A stretch of DNA of 64,000 nucleotides from an uncultured Gemmatimonadales bacterium (GCA_963741945.1 CAVUKA010000005.1:522557-586556); one strand, 5' to 3'. Positions 1 through 9,094 are shown, counted from the first letter of the stretch. The notes: a model not told the origin generated them from the letters alone. Numbers and translations: made by a program.

Positions 1-2
1 CC

Positions 3-212
3 TCACGGAGCGGGATCCTGCGGCGGCTCGCCGGGATCCCGCTCCTGCCATTTCACCCATTCGAACGCCGTGTGGCAGCGGTTGCACCAGTACGTGGAGA
101 CGGACAGCGCGCTGCCGAACGGAGCGTGCAGCTCGGTGTCGTCGCCCCCGCAGAACGTGCACGGAACGCGCTCGGGAAGACCATAATCGCGCGGGTCGAA
201 GCGGGGCGGCAT
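3..212 (-). CDS. small PaaD-like zinc-ribbon protein
   Basis: 69-aa ORF with two Cys pairs (CTFCGG ... CNRCH), as in the zinc ribbon at the C-terminus of PaaD. Its ATG overlaps the paaC stop by 1 nt (TGATG). Confidence 0.6.
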   Translation of the reverse strand: MPPRFDPRDYGLPERVPCTFCGGDDTELHAPFGSALSVSTYWCNRCHTAFEWVKWQERDPGEPPQDPAP

Positions 213-1006
213 CAGTCCAGCAGGAACGCGCGGTTCCGGTCGCCACGGATGCGGGCAATGGTCTCCTCGTCCGGTGCGCCGCCGCCGATCCGGCGGCGGA
301 CGGGGTCGAAGCCCGTCAGGTCCGGCGCCGGGTCCGGATGGCTCAGCCCCACGCGGTCCAGCAGCGGCGAGACGCGATCCAGGAAGCGACGCCGCAACTC
401 GCTCCCCGTCGCATCGGCCACGCCCGCATCCACCAGCATCGCGCCGGCGCCTTCATCGGTCCCGAACCATGCGAGGACCGGCTGGAGCATACGCTCGATG
501 GCCGCGCTCAGCGCCGCCCTCGAGCTGTCGCTCCCGTCCGCGAGGCGCCGCAGCCACGCCCCGCCATGCGCGGAGTGGAACCGCTCCTCGTCGAGCATCT
601 TCTCCACCCGCTGCCGGAGCGGCACGTACGACGACCCGCTCAGCGCCTCGAACTGGACACAGAGCGCGCCATCCGCCAGCACCATCAGCGCCACGACACC
701 GGGCCATCCATCCGGCGGAGTGTCGAGCGCGGCCATCGACCGGTACGCCGAAGCCGCGCGGCCGTGCTCCAGCGCCTCCACGTCCTCGTCGAAGTCCTTC
801 AGCAGCGCATAGAGGAGCCGTGCGTGGCCCCACTCGTCCTGGGCCATGGAGGAGCAGGCGATCCCCGTCTCCAGCTCCGGTGCGCCCAGCATCCACTCGG
901 CGTACCGGTAGCCGAGCAGGCGCTTGCTGTCGGCGAGCACGAGGATGAGGTCGCCGACGGCGGCGAGGGTGGCGTCATCCAGAGCGGCGCCGGGCTGCGT
1001 GCTCAT
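212..1006 (-). CDS. paaC: 1,2-phenylacetyl-CoA epoxidase subunit C
   Basis: 264 aa. ADSKRLLGYRYAEWMLGAPELETGIACSSMAQDEWGHARLLY matches the PaaC ferritin-like subunit. ATGA overlap with the paaB stop. Confidence 0.85.
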   Translation of the reverse strand: MSTQPGAALDDATLAAVGDLILVLADSKRLLGYRYAEWMLGAPELETGIACSSMAQDEWGHARLLYALLKDFDEDVEALEHGRAASAYRSMAALDTPPDGWPGVVALMVLADGALCVQFEALSGSSYVPLRQRVEKMLDEERFHSAHGGAWLRRLADGSDSSRAALSAAIERMLQPVLAWFGTDEGAGAMLVDAGVADATGSELRRRFLDRVSPLLDRVGLSHPDPAPDLTGFDPVRRRIGGGAPDEETIARIRGDRNRAFLLD

Positions 1007-1209
1007 CCGGCCTCCACGGGCTGGCCCCGGTCCGCGGTGAAGACTTCGTGCAGGTCGTCCCGCGCGACGACGTACATGTCGAACCAGCGCTCTTCATCGT
1101 ACGTGCTGAACGCGTAGACGCGCGCCAGCTCGGGCTCCGGCGCGTTCAGGTTGCCGATGTGCCGGAGCGGCTCACCCCGGGATTTCCTCGCGAAGACCTC
1201 GAAGATCAT
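1003..1209 (-). CDS. paaB: 1,2-phenylacetyl-CoA epoxidase subunit B
   Basis: 68 aa. FEVF..PLRHIGNLNAP..ERWFDMYVV is typical of PaaB. It lies between the DUF59 gene and paaC. Confidence 0.85.
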   Translation of the reverse strand: MIFEVFARKSRGEPLRHIGNLNAPEPELARVYAFSTYDEERWFDMYVVARDDLHEVFTADRGQPVEAG

Positions 1210-1236
1210 GGTCCCTTCCTGGCTTCGTGGCGGTTC

Positions 1237-1653
1237 CTATGCGGCCACGCCAAAGCGGCGGAGCGTGGCCCTGCCATCCTCGGTGATCATGGCGCGCGTC
1301 CACGGTGGATCCCATACCACTTCCACTTCGACCTCCCGCACCCCGCGCTGCCGCAGGAGGCGATCACGGACGTCCGCTTCCATCATCGTCATGCAGGGGC
1401 ACGCCGTTGCCGTGAACGTCATCGATACGGCCACTCGCCCGTCCGCCTCGCGGATGTCGTAGATCAGCCCCATGTCCACCACGCTGATGGGCAGCTCCGG
1501 GTCGATCACCTCTTTCAGCGCCCGCCAGTGCCGCTCCGTTCCGGGACGCACGATCACGTGATCGAGCAGCGGCGCGCCCACCACCGCATTGAGCGCGGGG
1601 CCGCGCACGCCGGGGGGCGCAGCAGCGGAGCGGTTCGACTCGGGCGGCATCAC
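1237..1653 (-). CDS. paaD: DUF59/MIP18-type Fe-S assembly domain protein (PaaD core domain)
   Basis: LKEVIDPELPISVVDMGLIYDI ... TATACPCM ... VEVVWDPPW is the DUF59 signature. GTG/ATG start overlaps the paaA stop (GTGATG). The exact start is uncertain. Confidence 0.75.
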   Translation of the reverse strand: MMPPESNRSAAAPPGVRGPALNAVVGAPLLDHVIVRPGTERHWRALKEVIDPELPISVVDMGLIYDIREADGRVAVSMTFTATACPCMTMMEADVRDRLLRQRGVREVEVEVVWDPPWTRAMITEDGRATLRRFGVAA

Positions 1654-2591
1654 GCGGCCAGGAGCCGGTTCACGTCCAGGTGGCTGCGGCGCACGGATTC
1701 CACGTACCGCTCGTTCATCGGGCCGCGCGCTTTCCAGCGGTCGAACACGTCGTCCCAGCTGATCTCACCGCCGCCGAAATCCCAGATTTTCGCCTCGGCG
1801 TCGTACTGGCAGGGGAACGGGTAATCCAGCACATACTGCTCCGTGCTCCCGTCGAAATGGGCGGGAACCTCGATGCCGATCGACTCGCACAGCGGAACGG
1901 TGGCGCTCATCCACGTCTGCCGCAGCTGGTCGTTGGTGAGCCCCTTGAGCCGGTAGTCGAGCTGATCGCTGTGGCGCTTGAGATCGTCCGGCAGCCCGAA
2001 CCACTCCACCGTCATCGGGAACATCCAGTCCACCGCGCGCTGCAGCCGTTCCTTGGCTTCACCACCGGCCGCCGACAGCCGCCGCATCCAGACTTCGCCG
2101 TGCCGCAGGTGGAAAGTCTCCTCCATGTCCACTTTCACCAGCGCCCGCTTCAGCGGCCCGTAGCTCGTGTTGTGGAACACGTCGGAAAGCAGCGTGATCC
2201 CCGCGCGGTCGAAGAAGCCGTTCGCCGTGACCAGCTCCGCCCAGTCCTCGAGCGGCTGGTCGAAGCCGTACGGGTGCTTGAACTCGTGGGGCTCGCGACC
2301 GTAGAGCAGGTGCTCCTTGTCATGCCCCATGTCCTCGAGGATCCGATACGCGATGTTCGCGTGCGCCAGCTCGTCCTGGATGATGGCGACCGCGCTCACC
2401 ATGGTGTTCGTCGATGGGGCGGCCTGCGCCGCGCCCCAGTAGGCGGGGGCGCTCATGAGCTCGGTGTCCCCCTGCACCAGCAGCTGGACACTCAGCGCCT
2501 TCCGGTATCCGGGCGTCATCTCGTCCGGAGACTCCAGGAGGTAGCCGTCCTGTACCTTCTGCTTGAGCTCTTCCTCGGTGTACCGGGTCAT
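1650..2591 (-). CDS. paaA: 1,2-phenylacetyl-CoA epoxidase catalytic subunit A
   Basis: Start moved to ATG at 2591 (MTRYTEEELK). Di-iron ExxH motifs present (QDELAHA, EETFHLRHG). Strong PaaA-like sequence throughout. Confidence 0.9.
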   Translation of the reverse strand: MTRYTEEELKQKVQDGYLLESPDEMTPGYRKALSVQLLVQGDTELMSAPAYWGAAQAAPSTNTMVSAVAIIQDELAHANIAYRILEDMGHDKEHLLYGREPHEFKHPYGFDQPLEDWAELVTANGFFDRAGITLLSDVFHNTSYGPLKRALVKVDMEETFHLRHGEVWMRRLSAAGGEAKERLQRAVDWMFPMTVEWFGLPDDLKRHSDQLDYRLKGLTNDQLRQTWMSATVPLCESIGIEVPAHFDGSTEQYVLDYPFPCQYDAEAKIWDFGGGEISWDDVFDRWKARGPMNERYVESVRRSHLDVNRLLAA

Positions 2592-2741
2592 GCGGGCTCC
2601 TGCGGGTAAGGTGAGGGCCATCAAAGCTAGTCGCGTCAATCGTGCTCCGCAAAACCCGGACGACCAGCCGTCCTCCACGGCCTGTTCCTTGCTCCTGCCC
2701 TCCATGACAGCGGAAGCATCGTACCCGGAACAGCGAGCATT

Positions 2742-5282
2742 GTGGCCACGGCAGACAAGCCTTCGGACGCGGGTCGGCGGAAGAAGAAGAGGGCCGGCCC
2801 ATTCTCATGGACCGCCGTCGTGGTGGCAGTGTTCGTGGTGACCCTCATCACCGCGGGTGTGTTCGTGGCCGCGTACGAGACCTGCTCGTTCCGGGGCTGC
2901 CCGTCCGTGGCGGGGATCAGTGGATTCATCCCCGATCAGGCTTCGGTGGTGCTCGATCGGAACGGGAAGGAGGTCGCGCACCTGTTCAAGGTGAACCGCG
3001 TGGTCGTGGCCCTCGACTCGCTCCCCGACTACGTACCCGAGGCCTTCGTCGCAACCGAGGACCAGGACTTCTACCACCACGGCGGCGTCGACTGGTCGCG
3101 CGTCCTCGGTGCGCTCTGGCAGAACATCAGGGCCGGCGGGATCGAGGAGGGATTCAGCACCATCACCATGCAGGTGGCGCGGAACGTCTTCCCGGAGCGA
3201 CTCCCGGTCCGCCAGCGGACGCTGAACCGGAAGATCTCCGAGATCAGGGTGGCCCGCGAGATCGAGAGCCGGTTTACCAAGGACGAGATACTCGAGCTCT
3301 ATCTCAACCAGATCTACTTCGGCAGCGGGGCGTGGGGGATCGAGGCGGCGTCCCAGGAGTACTTCGGCCACCCGGCGACGGAGCTCACGCTGGGCGAAGC
3401 GGCACTGCTCGCCGGACTGCCGCAGGCACCCTCCCGGCTCAGCCCGCGGGAGGACATGAAGGCCGCACTGGAGCGCCGGAAGACCGTGCTCCGCCGGATG
3501 GTGAGCAGCGGCTACATCACCCGCGAGAAAGCCAGCGAGGTGGAAGACACCGTGCCCGAGCTGGCGCGCGGCAGCATGGACTCCGAGAACCCGGCGCCGT
3601 ACTTCGTCGAGCATGTCCGCAGGCTCCTGGAAGACCGCCTGGGCGATGGCCTGTACACGGAGGGATACCAGATACACACCACCCTCGACCTGGATGCGCA
3701 GTCGGTGACCCGGCGAGAGCTGACCGATCAGCTCGACGCCATCGAGAAGGGGCGCTACGGGTACTACAATCACCCCGCCTTCAACGCGGACGAGGCCGAG
3801 GGCGCACAGCCGGACACAGCCGCCTCGGCCCCGTACCTCCAGGGGGCCGCCGTGGTGATGGCCGCGCACTCGGGCGATGTCCTGGCCATGGTCGGGGGCA
3901 GGGACTTCGAAGCGTCCAAGTTCAACCGCGCCACACAGGCGATGCGGCAGCCCGGGAGCGCGTTCAAGCCGTTCGTTTACGCCGCTGCCATCCAGGCCGG
4001 CTACCCGCCGACCACGATCCTCGAGGATACGCCCTACCGCCTCGTCCAGAACGGTCGCGTCTGGGAGCCGAAGAACTACGATGGGAGCTATTCCGGCGAG
4101 GTCACCATGCGGGAAGCCCTGGTCCACTCGAAGAACGTGGCCACCATCCGCCTCGCCCAGGAGGTGGGGCTCGACCGCGTCATCGACATGGCCCGGAACC
4201 TGGGCATCTCCGGGACCATCCCCCACTACCCGTCGATCGCCATTGGCGCGGCCGATGTCAACCTCGTCGAGATGGTGGCCGCCTACTCCACGTTCGCCAC
4301 GCTCGGAGACCGGCCCACCCCCCGATACATCACGAGCGTCACGGACCGCACTGGCCGTATCGTCCTCCAGGTCCCGCCGCGCACCCGCCACGTGCTGGCC
4401 TCGGATGTGGCTTTCGTCACCATGGACCTCATGCGCGGGGTGGTGGACCGCGGAACCGGGTACGCCGTCCGGCAGGTGGGCTTCACCCGGCCCGCCGCCG
4501 GAAAGACAGGCACCACCAACGAGTCCGCCGACGCCTGGTTCATCGGCTTCACACCCGACGTCACCACGGGCATCTGGATCGGGATGGACCGGCCGCAGCG
4601 GATCATGCACGGCGCCACCGGTGGCAGGCTGGCCGCGCCCGTCTGGGGAGGGATCATGCGCGCCGTGGACTCCCGCGGCGAAGACTGGACACCGCCGCCG
4701 GGCGTGGAGCGCTTCCTCGTCGACCCGCAAGGAGACATCTATTCCGAGAACTGCCCCGTGACCGCCAGCGTCCAGCAGGAGTATTTCCTCCGCGGCACCG
4801 TCCGCCCCCGGGACTGCAGCGGCTACGGCTATCCGTATGGCTACGACTCCCTCTATTACGATTCGACGTACCAGCGCGAATCCGAATCATCCTGGTGGGA
4901 CCGGCTCCGCCGCCGCGTCCTGGGTGGCGACGAGGAGCCGGAGCAGCCGACGCGGCCGCCGCGCCAACAACGGCCGGACACCATCATCCTCCGACAACCG
5001 CGGCAGCCCCACCGCGACACCGTCCGACTCCGACGCGACACGATCCGGCTCGAGCCGGACACCGGCCTCGTCCGCCACGACACGGCGAGCCCCGGCCAGG
5101 ACACGGTTCCACACGAGGGCCCCGGGCGTCCCGGGAGCCGCCCCGTCGAGCCGCGCCCGGACACTTCCGGCACGCCCCCCGGGCCTGCGGCCGCCGACAG
5201 CCCCTCCGGGGAACACATGTTGCACCCCTCCGCCTCCACCACGGCACGGCCGCAGGACGGCCGAACGGGCACCGGAGGGTGA
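2742..5282 (+). CDS. penicillin-binding protein 1A (bifunctional transglycosylase/transpeptidase) with long low-complexity C-terminal tail
   Basis: GTG start and N-terminal TM helix. GT51 motifs (EDQDFYHHGGVD, RKISE). Transpeptidase motifs SxxK (GSAFKP), SKN and KTG (GKTGTT). Confidence 0.9.
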   Translation: MATADKPSDAGRRKKKRAGPFSWTAVVVAVFVVTLITAGVFVAAYETCSFRGCPSVAGISGFIPDQASVVLDRNGKEVAHLFKVNRVVVALDSLPDYVPEAFVATEDQDFYHHGGVDWSRVLGALWQNIRAGGIEEGFSTITMQVARNVFPERLPVRQRTLNRKISEIRVAREIESRFTKDEILELYLNQIYFGSGAWGIEAASQEYFGHPATELTLGEAALLAGLPQAPSRLSPREDMKAALERRKTVLRRMVSSGYITREKASEVEDTVPELARGSMDSENPAPYFVEHVRRLLEDRLGDGLYTEGYQIHTTLDLDAQSVTRRELTDQLDAIEKGRYGYYNHPAFNADEAEGAQPDTAASAPYLQGAAVVMAAHSGDVLAMVGGRDFEASKFNRATQAMRQPGSAFKPFVYAAAIQAGYPPTTILEDTPYRLVQNGRVWEPKNYDGSYSGEVTMREALVHSKNVATIRLAQEVGLDRVIDMARNLGISGTIPHYPSIAIGAADVNLVEMVAAYSTFATLGDRPTPRYITSVTDRTGRIVLQVPPRTRHVLASDVAFVTMDLMRGVVDRGTGYAVRQVGFTRPAAGKTGTTNESADAWFIGFTPDVTTGIWIGMDRPQRIMHGATGGRLAAPVWGGIMRAVDSRGEDWTPPPGVERFLVDPQGDIYSENCPVTASVQQEYFLRGTVRPRDCSGYGYPYGYDSLYYDSTYQRESESSWWDRLRRRVLGGDEEPEQPTRPPRQQRPDTIILRQPRQPHRDTVRLRRDTIRLEPDTGLVRHDTASPGQDTVPHEGPGRPGSRPVEPRPDTSGTPPGPAAADSPSGEHMLHPSASTTARPQDGRTGTGG

Positions 5283-5888
5283 ATGCAGCATACCGACATC
5301 CGGAAGAAGCGACGGTCGTACTGGCCCTGGGTGCCCGGGGTGGTGGTGCTCGCGCTCCTGCTCTGGGGCGTCACCGGCCTGCTCAGCGACGACGGGCCCG
5401 CTGACAGCCCGACGGCCAGCGCGGACTCGGCTGCCGACTTCACCCGGCCGGCACGCATTCCCGCCCCGCCGCGCGCGCCGTTCCGCGGCCCGTCCTCGCC
5501 CAGCCTGGACCAGCTGGCGCCTCTCGATCAGAGCGCGGTCAACAAGCAGGCCCACGCCACCGGAAGGATCGTGGCCATCGACGATGATGGCGCCTGGTTG
5601 AGGACGGGGTCCCGCATCATCCGCGTAGCCCCGCCGCGGGGCCTCGGCCGCGGGGACAGCGTCACGGTGGAAGGCCGACTCCGAAGCGCGGCCGGAGAGG
5701 CGGCGGCCACTGCCATTGCAGGCGATACGGCGCTCCAGCAGGCCGTGGTGCGCCGGCTGAAGCTCGTGCCGGATTCCGCCGGGATCCGGCGAATCGGACC
5801 GGCCGCGGCCGTGAGCGCCGGGAGCGTGGCGGGTGACGAAGCCGGTCCCGCCCGGGAGCGGAACCCATCCGCCCGTCCGGGGCTATGA
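5283..5888 (+). CDS. hypothetical membrane-anchored protein
   Basis: ATG follows the PBP1A stop directly (TGAATG). One N-terminal TM helix (WVPGVVVLALLLWGVTGLL). No recognised domain. Confidence 0.5.
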   Translation: MQHTDIRKKRRSYWPWVPGVVVLALLLWGVTGLLSDDGPADSPTASADSAADFTRPARIPAPPRAPFRGPSSPSLDQLAPLDQSAVNKQAHATGRIVAIDDDGAWLRTGSRIIRVAPPRGLGRGDSVTVEGRLRSAAGEAAATAIAGDTALQQAVVRRLKLVPDSAGIRRIGPAAAVSAGSVAGDEAGPARERNPSARPGL

Positions 5889-6793
5889 TGACCTGGAGCA
5901 GAATGAAGGTGGACGCGATGAGATGGTACAGCGGAATAGCCCTGGCGGCACTGACGGCGGCATGCGTGGCCCGGCCGGCGAGCGCGCAGGAGTGGCAGGT
6001 GGCCCGACAGAGCTTCGCCTTCGCGGGCGCCTCCCTGAAGGTCCACGTGGACGTCGACGCCGCAGGATCGATCCAGATCCTGCGCGGCGCACCCGGCTCG
6101 GTGCACGTCGCCGCCCGCACGGAGCATGGCTTCACCGACGCCGGTCTCACGGCCACCGAGCTGCTCACCCTCGCCGCCTCCGGGCCCGGGCCTGTTGACT
6201 ACATTGTCAGCATCCCACAGGGCGTCTGGGTCTCCCTCCAGCTCCCGGGACGGGTCATGCCCGAGTCCATCGGCAGCTGGGACAGCGGCGGCACCTTCCA
6301 GTGGACTGGACGCGAAGCCCCCGCTGCGCCAGCTGCGAGCGCCGGCGCCGGCGCAGCGCTCCGGAGCACCCCGGCGGAGGGCGCCTTCGACACACAGCTC
6401 TTCACCACCTACACCGCACCCGCCCCCGCACGCACCGTCAGCGTCGACAACCTGACGGCCGTTCGGAGCATCACCGTCCGGCTCCACGGAAGCGATTTCC
6501 GCATCGGCTCCAGTCGGCCCCTGGCCGTGGAGCCCGGAGACCCCGAACGCATCGAGATTCGACCGGCCGGCGGACCCCTGGACCTCGTCGTCCAGCTGCC
6601 CGAGGGCGCCCTCGACTTCACCCTCATGGCCGGTGGCGACGCCGCCCTGGTGGTCCGCGGCGACCGCGCCGCGCCGCTCTGCTCCCCCTACACGGACCAG
6701 CAGTTGTCCGACGGCCAGCGATGGGTCACCTTTACCCCTGCCGACGGAACGCTCCGCTGTACCCGCGACCGCACGACACGGCACGAAGGTTGA
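5885..6793 (+). CDS. hypothetical secreted protein
   Basis: ATGA overlap with the upstream gene. Signal-peptide-like segment (MRWYSGIALAALTAACVARPASAQ). An alternative start is ATG 5918. No recognised domain. Confidence 0.55.
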   Translation: MMTWSRMKVDAMRWYSGIALAALTAACVARPASAQEWQVARQSFAFAGASLKVHVDVDAAGSIQILRGAPGSVHVAARTEHGFTDAGLTATELLTLAASGPGPVDYIVSIPQGVWVSLQLPGRVMPESIGSWDSGGTFQWTGREAPAAPAASAGAGAALRSTPAEGAFDTQLFTTYTAPAPARTVSVDNLTAVRSITVRLHGSDFRIGSSRPLAVEPGDPERIEIRPAGGPLDLVVQLPEGALDFTLMAGGDAALVVRGDRAAPLCSPYTDQQLSDGQRWVTFTPADGTLRCTRDRTTRHEG

Positions 6794-6838
6794 CCCCTTC
6801 ATTGCCATGACAGTACCCACCCCGCAGAGGAGGCTCTC

Positions 6839-7357
6839 ATAGCCAGGACCCGCACCCGCGTAAACGACGACATCCGCATCAGCCCCATCCGACTCATCGA
6901 CCCCGAGGGCGAGCAGCTCGGCATCGTACCGCTGGATCAGGCGCGACAGAAGGCCACCGAGCTCGGCCTCGACCTCGTGGAGGTCGCACCCCGCGCTCGT
7001 CCTCCCGTCGTCCGCATCATGGACTGGGGGAAATACCAGTACGAGCAGCAGAAAGCGGCCAAGGAAGCCAAGAAGAAGCAGCACACCTACGAGCTCAAGG
7101 AAGTGAAGTTCCGACCCAAGACGGACGAACACGACCTGGACTTCAAGGTGCGCAACGCACGACGCTTCCTGAAGAAGGGCCAGCACGTCCGCATCACCGT
7201 CCGCTTCCGCCGCCGCGAGATGCGGCGCCCCGAGAACGGCGCCCGCGTCCTCGACGAAGTGGCCGAGCGCCTCGACGATGTCGCCACCATCTCCAGTCGC
7301 GACCGCGGCCTCCAGGGGCGGGTCATGCAGATGACCCTCGAGCCCGAGGCCGATTAG
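6839..7357 (+). CDS. infC: translation initiation factor IF-3 (non-AUG ATA start)
   Basis: The frame is open from 6794 with no ATG/GTG/TTG before conserved IF-3 N-terminal sequence (RVNDDIRISPIRLIDPEGEQLGIVPLDQARQKATELGLDLVEVAP...VVRIMDWGKYQYEQ). ATA at 6839 lies 5 nt after GAGGAGG. Confidence 0.85.
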   Translation: MARTRTRVNDDIRISPIRLIDPEGEQLGIVPLDQARQKATELGLDLVEVAPRARPPVVRIMDWGKYQYEQQKAAKEAKKKQHTYELKEVKFRPKTDEHDLDFKVRNARRFLKKGQHVRITVRFRRREMRRPENGARVLDEVAERLDDVATISSRDRGLQGRVMQMTLEPEAD

Positions 7358-7663
7358 CCTCCTGGAGCCCCCGGGCCGCGCCGCTTCCAGCCCCCAGCTG
7401 AGCGGCGATCAGCGGCGCCACCCTGCGCGGCCGCCACCTCTTCGCCCCCCCGCATCTTGCGGCCCGGAACCGTTCTCCTTACATTTCAACGCGGATCGAA
7501 ACAGCCCTTGCGCGCAGGGGCACTCGACCCTATATTTCAATGTCGGTTGAAGGGACGGGCTCGGTTTTTCGCTGGCGGGCGAAGCCGGGCCCACCGCTTT
7601 GGCGGTACGGGAATTGACGGGGCGGCGGTCCCCTGGTGTGACTCAGAGGCGAAGGGGTTGTGA

Positions 7664-8281
7664 ATGGCCATTACGAAGTCTGGAGAGACGAAGCAGGTGT
7701 CGCTGTTGGAGATGAGTGACAGCGAGCTGGTCGCGGCTCACCTCGAGGGTCATCCGCTGGCCTTCTCCGAGCTGTACAACCGGTATCGGGACCGCCTGGT
7801 GCACTTCATCGCGCGCAAGACGGGGGACCGGGACCGGGCGGAAGACCTGGTGCAGGAGGCGTTCGTGCGCGTCACGCGGCACCTCCACCGTTTCGACCAG
7901 TCGAAGAAGTTCTCGACGTGGATCTACACGATCTGCTCGAACCTGTCGAAGAACGAGCTTCGGAACCGGTCGCGCAGCCCGCTGGTGCTGTTCCAGAAGC
8001 TGACCACGCGCTGGGAGCCGGATCACCGGCCGCTCCAGTTCGAGGATTCGGCGATGAAGCCGGACAAGCTGTACCGGAACCGGTACCTGGAAGAGATCGT
8101 GGAGAAGACGGTCTCGGAGCTGCCGGAGCACCATCAGCTGGTTTTCCGTCTGCGGGAGCTCGAGGGCAAGAGCTACGAGGAGATCGCGGAGATCACGGGT
8201 GTGAACCTGGGGACGGTGAAGAGCCGGCTGCACCGGGCGCGCACCAGCTTTGCCGAGATGATCGAGCCGCTGCTGAACTAG
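7664..8281 (+). CDS. RNA polymerase sigma-70 family, ECF-type sigma factor
   Basis: Region 2 (DRAEDLVQEAFVRV, STWIYTI) and region 4 HTH (YEEIAEITGVNLGTVKSRLHRAR). Confidence 0.85.
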   Translation: MAITKSGETKQVSLLEMSDSELVAAHLEGHPLAFSELYNRYRDRLVHFIARKTGDRDRAEDLVQEAFVRVTRHLHRFDQSKKFSTWIYTICSNLSKNELRNRSRSPLVLFQKLTTRWEPDHRPLQFEDSAMKPDKLYRNRYLEEIVEKTVSELPEHHQLVFRLRELEGKSYEEIAEITGVNLGTVKSRLHRARTSFAEMIEPLLN

Positions 8282-8327
8282 CCCGCTGAGCCGCGCTTCG
8301 CCCAGGGCCGCGCTCCTGCGTCCCATC

Positions 8328-8370
8328 GAACCCGTCCGGGCCACCCCGCCCGGACGGGTTCCTGGTTTCA
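8328..8370 (+). terminator. rho-independent terminator candidate after the first ECF sigma gene
   Basis: 13-bp perfect stem GAACCCGTCCGGG / CCCGGACGGGTTC (8328-8340 / 8349-8361), followed by CTGGTTTCA. Confidence 0.6.
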
Positions 8371-8550
8371 CGCCGTGGTTTCGCTCCGGTTCTTCGTGCG
8401 CTTCGCGATCGCCGTGATCTCCATGACACGGTGCGCTCCGTTGCTGTCCTCGGCGGGAATCGAGGGACCCTGACGTTCTTCATCCCGGAGCCAGGCCTTT
8501 CCATCTATCTTTCCAACCATTCCGGGCCTCGCCCTATCTCACACAACGGA

Positions 8551-9093
8551 ATGACTGAAACGGCCGAGATGCTCCGAACAACGGACGCCGACGACGTCGA
8601 GCTCGCGATCGCGGGGGACACCCGCGCGTTCGAGCGGCTGTACCGGCAGCACGTGGGACGAATCCATGGCCTGGCGGGGCGGATGGTCGGGAACGGACTG
8701 GCGGACGACGTGACGCAGGACGTTTTCGTTCGGGCCTGGGAGAAGCTGGAGCTGTTCGGTGGCCGGTCTTCGTTCGGGACGTGGCTGTACCGGCTCGCGA
8801 TCAACGTCTGCCTGGCGCGGCGCACGAAGGCGGGCAAGCGGCGGGAGCGGTTCCTCCCGGACGAGCTGGCGCTGCAGCGGGCGACGGCACCCCCGTCGCA
8901 CCCGGAGCACCGGCTGGATCTGGAGCGGGCAATGGATCGTCTGCCGGCCGGCATGAGGGAGGTGTTCGTGCTGCATGATGTGGAAGGGTTCAAGCACCGG
9001 GAGATCGGGGACATGCTGGGGATATCCGCCGGGACGTCGAAGTCGCAGCTGCATGAAGCGCGAATGGCGCTCCGGTCGCACCTGAGGGCCTGA
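8551..9093 (+). CDS. ECF sigma factor
   Basis: Start moved to ATG 8551 (MTETAEML). Region 2 (DVTQDVFVRAWE, GTWLYRLAINV) and region 4 (HREIGDMLGISAGTSKSQLHEAR). Confidence 0.85.
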   Translation: MTETAEMLRTTDADDVELAIAGDTRAFERLYRQHVGRIHGLAGRMVGNGLADDVTQDVFVRAWEKLELFGGRSSFGTWLYRLAINVCLARRTKAGKRRERFLPDELALQRATAPPSHPEHRLDLERAMDRLPAGMREVFVLHDVEGFKHREIGDMLGISAGTSKSQLHEARMALRSHLRA

Positions 9094-9094
9094 G

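Noticed and set aside
2805-4730. 641-aa minus-strand ORF antisense to PBP1A. Similar long antisense or alternate-frame ORFs occur at 13617-15248, 41464-43869, 44818-46785, 46707-48704 and 48296-51235.
   Set aside because: All are nested opposite or out of frame to genes with clear family motifs. They have Arg/Gly/Pro/His-rich nonsense composition and no recognisable domains. They are typical stop-codon-poor artefacts of very GC-rich DNA.
7409-7663. Small ORFs (61 aa minus strand, 68 aa plus strand) in the infC / sigma spacer.
   Set aside because: No ribosome-binding site, odd composition, and mutual overlap. The region looks regulatory or structured rather than coding.
8440-8490. ECF-type promoter (GGGAAT ... 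CGTT) upstream of the second sigma gene, and a similar CGGGAAT upstream of the first (about 7605).
   Set aside because: The spacing between the -35-like and -10-like elements is about 13 nt rather than the usual 16-17, and the two regions do not align in register. Too weak to call.
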